64,000 bases of DNA. It comes from an uncultured delta proteobacterium (GTDB lineage: Bacteria; Desulfobacterota; Binatia; DP-6). The stretch spans positions 64,001-128,000 of the forward strand of contig CAWFFN010000009.1 of assembly GCA_963815115.1 (NCBI GenBank), read 5' to 3'. Under the pieces are notes generated by a model. The model made no database searches, was not told the DNA's origin, and saw nothing but the letters and a program-made list of their open reading frames with translations. The position numbers were made by a program, and so were the translations under genes. Of the stretch, positions 56,879-64,000 are shown piece by piece (the first letter of the stretch is position 1; every line of letters begins with the position of its first letter).

Positions 56879-58279
56879 ATGACCATGATGCCGACCGCTG
56901 CCGAGATCGCGAGCTCGCTCCGCGAGCTGCTGAGGGCGGACCCCGGCCGCTTCGTCGAATCGGTGGGAGGGATGGCGGTTCCGGATCTCGCGGAGGCCCT
57001 GCGCACGCTGCCGCCGGAGCAGGCGACGGAGATCGTGTGCGCGCTGCCGTTCGAGCTGGCGGTGAACCTCTTCGACGAGCCCGAGCTGGAGGGACACCGC
57101 AGCGCGATCGCCCAGCGGCTGCCGCCCGACGAGGCGACTCGGCTGATCGCGGCGATGTCGGCCGATCGGCAGGTGGACCTGCTGCGCGAGCTCGAGCCCG
57201 CCGACCGCAAGCGGCTCCTGGAGGTGCTCGATCCGGCAACGCGCCAGAGCCTCACGGCGCTGCTCGCCTGGCCTTCGGACACCGCCGGCGGCATCATGAC
57301 GACGGAGTTCACGGCCGTGCCGGCGGAGTGGACCGCCGGTCGCGTGCTGGCGCATCTCCGCCAGGTCGCCGAGACCAAGGAGACGATCTACGCGGTCTAC
57401 GTCGTCGAGGAGGGCACCGGCCGCCTGCAGCACGTGGTGTCGCTGCGCGAGCTCCTGCTGGCCGACGAGGAGGCGCCCGTGCGCAGGGTGGCACCCAAAC
57501 GCCGTCTGATCACGATCCCGCCCGGCGCGAGCCGGCTGGATGCCGCCCGGGTCATCGGCAAGTACAACCTGCTCGCGCTGCCGGTGGTGGACGAGACCAG
57601 GCGGCTCCTCGGCATCGTCACCGTCGACGACGTGATCGATGCCCTGGTCGCCGAGCAGACGCGCCAGGTGCAGCGCATGGGCGGTCTGGAAGCCCTCGAT
57701 CTGCCGTACACCGAGATGGGGTTCGGAGCGATGATCCGCAAGCGCGCCGGCTGGCTGTGCGCGCTCTTCCTCGGGGAGATGCTGACGGCGACCGCCATGG
57801 GCCACTTCGAGGACGAGATCGCGCGCGCCGTGGTGCTCTCGCTCTTCATCCCGCTCATCATCAGCTCCGGAGGCAACTCCGGCTCGCAGGCCACCTCGCT
57901 CATCATCCGCGCCCTGGCGCTCCGCGAGCTCGCTCTGCGCGACTGGTGGCGGGTCGCTCTGCGCGAGCTGCCCTCGGGCCTCATGCTGGGCAGCATCCTG
58001 GGAGCGATCGGGGTGGTCCGCATCCTGCTCTGGCAGACGATGGGATGGTACGACTACGGCGCGCACGCTTCGTTGGTCGCGCTGACGGTCGGGCTCGCCC
58101 TGGTGGGGGTGGTGACGTTCGGCTCGATGGCGGGATCCTTGCTGCCCTTCCTGCTGCGCCGGCTCGGCTTCGATCCGGCGAGCGCTTCGGCGCCGTTCGT
58201 CGCCACGCTGGTCGACGTCACGGGGCTGGTGATCTACTTCAGCGTCGCGCTGCTCGTGCTGCGCGGCACGCTGCTGTAG
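56879..58279 (+). CDS. mgtE: Magnesium transporter MgtE
   Basis: TAGGIMT, CBS pair, GGNSGSQA, DPASASAPFVATLVDVTG. Confidence 0.93.
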   Translation: MTMMPTAAEIASSLRELLRADPGRFVESVGGMAVPDLAEALRTLPPEQATEIVCALPFELAVNLFDEPELEGHRSAIAQRLPPDEATRLIAAMSADRQVDLLRELEPADRKRLLEVLDPATRQSLTALLAWPSDTAGGIMTTEFTAVPAEWTAGRVLAHLRQVAETKETIYAVYVVEEGTGRLQHVVSLRELLLADEEAPVRRVAPKRRLITIPPGASRLDAARVIGKYNLLALPVVDETRRLLGIVTVDDVIDALVAEQTRQVQRMGGLEALDLPYTEMGFGAMIRKRAGWLCALFLGEMLTATAMGHFEDEIARAVVLSLFIPLIISSGGNSGSQATSLIIRALALRELALRDWWRVALRELPSGLMLGSILGAIGVVRILLWQTMGWYDYGAHASLVALTVGLALVGVVTFGSMAGSLLPFLLRRLGFDPASASAPFVATLVDVTGLVIYFSVALLVLRGTLL

Positions 58280-58359
58280 AAGCGCAGGGGAACGATTCAC
58301 CTTCCCGCGGACTACATCTTGACCTACCGATCGGCGATCGATACAGACTTCGTAAGACG

Positions 58360-58569
58360 ATGGAGATCGCGACCCTCTCGACCAAGTACCAGCTGGTGAT
58401 TCCGCGTGGCCCACGCGAGCGGCTGCGGCTTCGCCCGGGCATGCGCTTCACCGTCCTGGACAAGGGCGGCGTCATCTATCTGGTTCCGGACCGCCCGATG
58501 CGCGCGTATCGCGGCGTCGCCAGGGGAACGACCGTCCGAGACGTGCGCGAAAAGCGAGACCGGCTCTGA
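58360..58569 (+). CDS. AbrB/MazE-family antitoxin
   Basis: LSTKYQLVIP..RERLRLRPG. Confidence 0.85.
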   Translation: MEIATLSTKYQLVIPRGPRERLRLRPGMRFTVLDKGGVIYLVPDRPMRAYRGVARGTTVRDVREKRDRL

Positions 58570-58934
58570 TCCTGGTCGACTCCAGCGGCTGGATCGAATA
58601 CCTGGCCGATCGTCCGCGCGCCAGCCGCTTCGCATCGTATATCGAAGGTCGAGAGCCGCTCCTCGTGTCCGCGATCGCGGTCTACGAGGTGTACAAGGTC
58701 ATCCGTCGCGACTTGTCCGAGGAGCGTGCCCTCGAGGCGGTCTCGGCGCTACGGCGGGCCACGATCGTCCCCGTCGATGAAGCGCTCGCACTGGAGGCTG
58801 CCGACGTGGCGCTGTCGCGCGGGCTCGCGATGGCGGACGCGATCGTGTACGCGACCGCACGCCGCCACGGCGCGACCGTGCTCACGGGCGACGTCGACTT
58901 CGACGGCCTGCCCGACGCGATCGTCATCCGCTAG
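58566..58934 (+). CDS. vapC: VapC/PIN toxin
   Basis: ILVDSSGWIEY, YEVYK, L.MADAIVYATA, TGD.DF. Apparent CTG start overlapping the antitoxin stop. Confidence 0.85.
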   Translation: MILVDSSGWIEYLADRPRASRFASYIEGREPLLVSAIAVYEVYKVIRRDLSEERALEAVSALRRATIVPVDEALALEAADVALSRGLAMADAIVYATARRHGATVLTGDVDFDGLPDAIVIR

Positions 58935-58946
58935 CCAAAGCGACAG

Positions 58947-59807
58947 TCACCGGCGCTCGATCGCCACCACCAGGATGCCCGCGAGGATGACGCCGCCTCC
59001 CGCGATCACCCGTCCCGTGATGGGCTCGCCGAGCAGCAGCCACGACAGCACGACCGCGAAGACCGGCGTGCTCGCGAGCACGATGGTGAGAACCACGATG
59101 TCGAGCAGCTCCTGGCCACGGCTGTACAGCAGGTACGGCGCGACCGTGCAGACGGCGACGGCGGCGACGAGCATCACGGTAGGGCCCGCGCCGCCCTGGT
59201 TTCGCCACGCCCCGGGCGAGGCGAGCGCCAGCGCGCTCACCAGCGTGGCGAGGACGAAGATCGGCGACAGGAGCTGCGAGACGTTGGCGCGCCGCGCTGC
59301 GCGTCGCTGCGCAACGGCGTAGGTCGCCCATGCGACCCCTGCCAGGATGATGAGCACGTTGCCGACGATGCTGCCGTCGCCGCCGGAGTCGCGGCCGATC
59401 GTGGCCACCGCGGCGACTCCGGCCAGCGTGAGGGCCGCACCGACCAGGCGGTGGGCGGTCAGCGCCTCGCCGAGCACGGCGCGGGCGAGGACGATGTTGG
59501 CCACCTGCCCGAAGTTGACCAGGAGCCCGGTACGCCCCGCCGTGGTGAGCTGCACCCCCTTGTTGAAGAGCAGGAAGTCGATCCCGAGGGCGACGCCGGC
59601 GAGGACGAGCCACGGCTCGTCGGGGAGCCATCGCATCCCTCCTCCGGCGAGGATCCGGAAGCAGAGCGCGGCCGCGCTCAGCCGGACGACGCCGATGACC
59701 TCGGGAGAATACCCGTCCAGAGCGGCCTTCGTCGCCACCGGACCGAAGCCCCAGCACGCTGCGGCGACCGTGCCGAGCGCGAACCCCGCCAGCCGGGAGC
59801 GCGACAT
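58947..59807 (-). CDS. DMT/EamA transporter
   Basis: CWG, about 10 TM segments in two repeats, LGE motifs. Confidence 0.88.
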   Translation of the reverse strand: MSRSRLAGFALGTVAAACWGFGPVATKAALDGYSPEVIGVVRLSAAALCFRILAGGGMRWLPDEPWLVLAGVALGIDFLLFNKGVQLTTAGRTGLLVNFGQVANIVLARAVLGEALTAHRLVGAALTLAGVAAVATIGRDSGGDGSIVGNVLIILAGVAWATYAVAQRRAARRANVSQLLSPIFVLATLVSALALASPGAWRNQGGAGPTVMLVAAVAVCTVAPYLLYSRGQELLDIVVLTIVLASTPVFAVVLSWLLLGEPITGRVIAGGGVILAGILVVAIERR

Positions 59808-59994
59808 CGCTACCGCTTCGCCCGCTCGGCGCGCACCGGGAGTCCGTCGCGGAGCCGGTAGGGGAGCGCGGTCGGCGGGCGGGCCACGCGACGGCACAAA
59901 GCACGATCGGTGCGGCGGCGTCCACGGAAGAGATGCCGCGCCCCCCTGGCAGCAAGGCGCGCCAGCGACTAAAGGGCGACTACCCGCGACGACC

Positions 59995-61551
59995 ATGAGC
60001 CCGTCCGACCTCGCACCGTCGTCCACTCGCTATGCGCGCTACGTCCTCGGCGTCCTGGTTCTGGTCTACGTCTTCAACTTCCTCGACCGGCAGATCCTCT
60101 CCATCCTCGCCGAGCGCATCCGCGGCGACCTCGGCGTCACGGACGCCGAGCTGGGCTTCCTCTACGGCACCGCGTTCGCGATCTTCTACGCCCTCTTCGG
60201 CATCCCGCTGGGCCGCCTCGCCGACGTCTGGGACCGCCGGCGCCTGATCGCCATCGGGCTCGCCATGTGGAGCGCGATGACGGTGCTGTCGGGGCTGGCA
60301 CGCAGCTTCCCCGAGCTCGCCCTGGCGCGGATCGGCGTGGGCATCGGCGAGGCCAGTGCCGCGCCGGCCGCCTTCTCGCTCCTCTCCGACTACTTCTCGC
60401 CCGCGCGCAGGGCGACCGTGCTCGCGATCTACTCGAGCGGCATCTACCTCGGGGCGGGGCTCGGGCTCGCCGTCGGCGGCCTGGTGGTGGGCCGCTGGGA
60501 CGCCGCGTTCCCGGCCGCCGCACCCTTCGGCCTGCGCGGCTGGCAGGTCGCGTTCTTCGTCGTCGGGCTGCCCGGCGTGCTGCTCGCCCTCTGGGTCCGG
60601 ACGCTGCGCGAGCCCGTGCGCGGCGGGGCGGACGGCATCGTGGTCGCTGCCGCGCCGCCGCCATGGCCCGCGTTCTTTCACGAGCTGAGGGCGGTGATTC
60701 CGCCGCTCACGCTCGTCCACCTGGCACTCGCGGGGGCAGGCGCGCGAGGCGTCGTGCGCAACCTCGTCACCGCGGCCGGCATCGCGCTCGGCGCTGCGCT
60801 TCTCATCCATCTCCTCGGCACCCCCGCGCAGTGGATCGCGCTCGGCGTCGGGCTCTATGCGGCGCTGTCGTGGCTCCAGGCGCTGGCGTTGCGCGACCGG
60901 CCGACGCATCGCCTGCTCACCCGGACGCCGACGCTTCGCTGGGCCACGATCGGTTTCGCCCTCCTCGCCTTCGTCGGCTACGGGGTCGGCTTCTGGCTGC
61001 CGCCGTACTTCATGCGCCGGTTCGGCACGCCGCCCGGACAAACCGGGTTGATCCTCGGCCTCACCTCCGCGACGGGCGGCTGGCTCGGCACCACGCTGGG
61101 CGGTCTGTGGGCCGACAGCCGCCGGCTGCGGAAGCCGGCGGGCCGCCTTCAGGTGGGAGCCGCCTGTCCGCTACTGACGATTCCGCTCGCCGTCTGGATG
61201 CTCGGGAGCGACAGCCAGGTGCTCGCCTTCGCGCTCGTGTTTCCGCTCACGGTGTGCTCGAGCCTGTGGATCGGGCCCGGAGCGTCGACGATCCAGGATC
61301 TGGTGCTGCCCCGGATGCGGGGCTCGGCGTCGGCCGCCTATCTGCTCGTGATCACGTTCATCGGCCTGGCACTCGGGCCCTACACGGTCGGGCGGCTCAG
61401 TGTGGGTCTGGGCGACCTGCGGACCGCGCTGCTCTGTGTTCTGGTCGCCGGCGCGACCGGCAGCGCGTTGCTGCTGGTCGCGGCGCGCCACATCGCGCAC
61501 GACGAGACGTCGCGGCTCGAGCGGGCCCGTGCCGCCGGCGAGCCCGTGTGA
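59995..61551 (+). CDS. MFS transporter (spinster-like)
   Basis: FNFLDRQ, GRLADVWDRRR, RIGVGIGEA, SLLSDYF. Confidence 0.9.
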   Translation: MSPSDLAPSSTRYARYVLGVLVLVYVFNFLDRQILSILAERIRGDLGVTDAELGFLYGTAFAIFYALFGIPLGRLADVWDRRRLIAIGLAMWSAMTVLSGLARSFPELALARIGVGIGEASAAPAAFSLLSDYFSPARRATVLAIYSSGIYLGAGLGLAVGGLVVGRWDAAFPAAAPFGLRGWQVAFFVVGLPGVLLALWVRTLREPVRGGADGIVVAAAPPPWPAFFHELRAVIPPLTLVHLALAGAGARGVVRNLVTAAGIALGAALLIHLLGTPAQWIALGVGLYAALSWLQALALRDRPTHRLLTRTPTLRWATIGFALLAFVGYGVGFWLPPYFMRRFGTPPGQTGLILGLTSATGGWLGTTLGGLWADSRRLRKPAGRLQVGAACPLLTIPLAVWMLGSDSQVLAFALVFPLTVCSSLWIGPGASTIQDLVLPRMRGSASAAYLLVITFIGLALGPYTVGRLSVGLGDLRTALLCVLVAGATGSALLLVAARHIAHDETSRLERARAAGEPV

Positions 61552-61563
61552 CGTGAGCCGGCT

Positions 61564-61905
61564 CTACGCGAACCGGACCAGAAGGATCAGCGCGGCGATG
61601 GCCATCACCAGCCCCACGATCTCGTAGCGGCCGAGGGACTCGTGGAAGAACACGGTCCCGATGGCGGTCAGCAGCAGGATCATCGACACCGAGTACAGCA
61701 CGCCGATGGTCGCCAGCTTGAGGTGCTTCATCACGAAGACCCAGCCGAACGCCGTCGAGGCGTAGACCACGAAGCCGATGTAGAAGTGCGTCGTCCGGAG
61801 CGAGTGCTCCTCGTCGCTGGCGAGCTTCAGGAAGTAGTCGCCGAGGACGCCCAGCAGGCTGAATCCAATGGTGACGAGCACCGCGAGCGGCTTGCCGATG
61901 TCCAT
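61564..61905 (-). CDS. Small 4-TM SMR/DMT-like transporter
   Basis: GDYFLK, four hydrophobic helices, FFHESL. Confidence 0.7.
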   Translation of the reverse strand: MDIGKPLAVLVTIGFSLLGVLGDYFLKLASDEEHSLRTTHFYIGFVVYASTAFGWVFVMKHLKLATIGVLYSVSMILLLTAIGTVFFHESLGRYEIVGLVMAIAALILLVRFA

Positions 61906-62029
61906 CGTCGAGCTCCGGGGCGCCGGGGGCGCTGCGCCGCACCTTCTACGCGACGTGCGCCGACGCGTCCACGGCGCGGTAGCGTCGGACCGTTTGCCAG
62001 CTCTCCTGCGAGGTGCGAATGTCCGCGTG

Positions 62030-63259
62030 ATGCGGCCGACATCCGGAGCCGCGGCTGCGAAACGCTTCGTCGACGTCGACGAGCTGCTCACCTGCGTGCA
62101 CTGCGGGCTCTGCCAGTCCGCGTGCCCGACGTACGTCGAGCTGGGCACGGAGGCCGACTCGCCACGCGGCCGTATCCACCTCATGCGCGCGCTCGAGGAG
62201 GGGCGCCTCGAGCCGTCGCCGGAGATCGTGCGACACCTGGACCTCTGCCTCGGGTGTCGCGCCTGCGAGACCGCGTGTCCCTCGGGCGTGCGCTACGGGC
62301 GACTCATCGAGGCGGCGCGGCCGTTCGTGGAACGCCATCGTCCGCTGCCGGTGCGCGTGGCGCGCCGCCTTCTCGCCCGGGCCCTGACGGCGCCCGGGAT
62401 GCGGCGGGTGCTGTTCGCTCCGGCGCGGCTCGTCGCGGGCCGAGGCTGGACGCACCGCTGGCTGGCGTTGGCCGCCGCGGTTCCGCGCCCGACGCGGCGG
62501 GGCCGACTTCCTCGGCTGATCGAGCCCGACGGAACCGCGCGCGGGACCGCCATGCTCGTCACGGGCTGCGTCGCCGACGAGCTCTTCGGTGATACCAACC
62601 ACGCCACCGCGGCTCTCCTGCGCCGCGCCGGCGTGCGCGTGATCGTTCCGCGCCGGCAGGGCTGCTGCGGCGCGCTGCCGCTGCACCTGGGCGCCCGCGA
62701 CCGTGCTGCGGCGCTGGCGGCGGAGCTGGCGAGCGTCCTGACCGACAGCCCGGCCGACTGGGTGGTGTCGAATGCCGCGGGCTGCGGCGCCCTGCTGCGC
62801 GAGTACGACCATCTCCTGCCCGGCAACGAGGCGGCGGCGGCCGTCGCCCGGCGGGCGCGCGACGCGCTCGAGCTGCTCGCCGAGGTCGGGCTACCCTCCG
62901 CTTCCGCGGCGTTGCCTCGTACCGTCGCCGTGCACGATCCCTGTCATCTGGCGCACGGCCAGGGCGTCCGCGTGCAGGTACGGAGCCTCCTCGCCTCGAT
63001 CCCGGGAGTGCGTCTGGTCGAGCTCGAGGACTCGGACACGTGCTGCGGCAGCGCGGGGACCTACAATCTCACCGAGCCGGCGATGGCGCGCCGCCTGCTG
63101 GAGCGCAAGCTCGCCTCGGTCGCGGCCAGCGGAGCCGACGTCGTGGCGGCGGCCAACCCGGGCTGTCTCCTGCAGATGCGCGCCGGCGCCGCGTCGCGCG
63201 GGATGGCGGTCGAGATCGAGCACCCCATCGATCTGCTCGCCCGCGCGCACGGCGTTTGA
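62030..63259 (+). CDS. glcF: Glycolate oxidase Fe-S subunit GlcF
   Basis: CVHCGLC..CP, SPRGRI, CLGCRACETACPSGV, two CCG domains. Confidence 0.9.
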   Translation: MRPTSGAAAAKRFVDVDELLTCVHCGLCQSACPTYVELGTEADSPRGRIHLMRALEEGRLEPSPEIVRHLDLCLGCRACETACPSGVRYGRLIEAARPFVERHRPLPVRVARRLLARALTAPGMRRVLFAPARLVAGRGWTHRWLALAAAVPRPTRRGRLPRLIEPDGTARGTAMLVTGCVADELFGDTNHATAALLRRAGVRVIVPRRQGCCGALPLHLGARDRAAALAAELASVLTDSPADWVVSNAAGCGALLREYDHLLPGNEAAAAVARRARDALELLAEVGLPSASAALPRTVAVHDPCHLAHGQGVRVQVRSLLASIPGVRLVELEDSDTCCGSAGTYNLTEPAMARRLLERKLASVAASGADVVAAANPGCLLQMRAGAASRGMAVEIEHPIDLLARAHGV

Positions 63260-63263
63260 CCGG

Positions 63264-63824
63264 CTACTCCAGCCAGGTCTCGGAGTCTGACAAGCCGAGC
63301 GCTGCCAGGTCGCGCGCCCGCAGCGGCGCGTCGCTCGCCAGCAGGAACTCGTCGAGCTGCGGCGGAGCCGCGCTGGTTCCCGCCAGCATGGCGTGAGCCT
63401 GGCCGCGGTGATGGATCTGGTGGACGAAGAGGTGCGCGAGCGTCCGGTCGACGCGCTCGCGAGGGCGGACGCCGCCGCCGCGATCGAGCACGATCTCGCC
63501 GGTGAGCGCCGCCGGCTGGAGCTCGTCGCAGAAGCGGATCAGGCGGCGGTCGCTCTCGCGCTGGGCCGCGCGGAGCTCCTCGAACGTTCCCCAGGGCGTC
63601 GCGGATTCGTCCAGATCGGGCGTGCTGGGCATCCCTTCCAGCGCGTCGAGGTAGTAACCGTCGACGAGGAGGATATGGTTCAGGGTGAGGCGCAGGGAGG
63701 GGAAGAAGCTGGTGCGCTTCGCGTCGAGCTCCTCCGGCGACAGGCCTGCGCACGCGGCGAGCAGGCGGTGATTCGACCAGGCGTTGTTGCGCGCCATGGT
63801 GCGGAAATAGCCGACCAGCGACAT
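63264..63824 (-). CDS. DinB family protein
   Basis: NNAWSN.RL, FFPSL..TLNH, HLFVHQIHHRGQ. Confidence 0.9.
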   Translation of the reverse strand: MSLVGYFRTMARNNAWSNHRLLAACAGLSPEELDAKRTSFFPSLRLTLNHILLVDGYYLDALEGMPSTPDLDESATPWGTFEELRAAQRESDRRLIRFCDELQPAALTGEIVLDRGGGVRPRERVDRTLAHLFVHQIHHRGQAHAMLAGTSAAPPQLDEFLLASDAPLRARDLAALGLSDSETWLE

Positions 63825-64000
63825 GGAGACTCCTTGCCGGCGTGAGCCGAACGCCCACGCAGTCCAAGACTCGCGGCGATGCCCGTACCGAGTCAATGCC
63901 GCTCGCGGGGTCCCGTCAAGGTGGACTGGCGCCGGCGGTGCGTGTTAGACGCGCCCTGCTCGCATTCCCACCGGGGGCCGCAGTGTTCAGAGCCGGCGGG

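Overview
Very GC-rich bacterial chromosomal window (roughly 70% by eye). The gene repertoire (Cys-rich secreted proteins, many PIN-type TA pairs, plant/alpha-type GshA) suggests a Binatia/deltaproteobacteria-like organism; this is inference only. The flanks are mostly metabolic and transport genes: hydrolases, SDRs, MATE, MFS, mgtE and a split glcD/E/F. The centre (about 25.0-43.3 kb) is an accessory island with three tandem paralogous cyclase-STAND ATPase-TPR-winged-helix genes, the third split by an IS3-like element. Each is bordered by a different toxin-antitoxin or nuclease module. The island also carries a stand-alone copy of the C-terminal winged-helix domain and three copies of a tripartite TGTAGCG motif that looks like its operator. 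Other notable items: a RyR-TPR-SLOG-cyclase fusion; a two-hairpin repeat with compensatory base changes (three units, two loci); an octaheme-HEAT-TPR lipoprotein divergent from an atypical sulfatase; and several gene remnants. Several frameshifts look like long-read indel errors, so pseudogene calls are tentative. I saw no rRNA, tRNA or CRISPR array. All family assignments come from motif recognition, not database searches.
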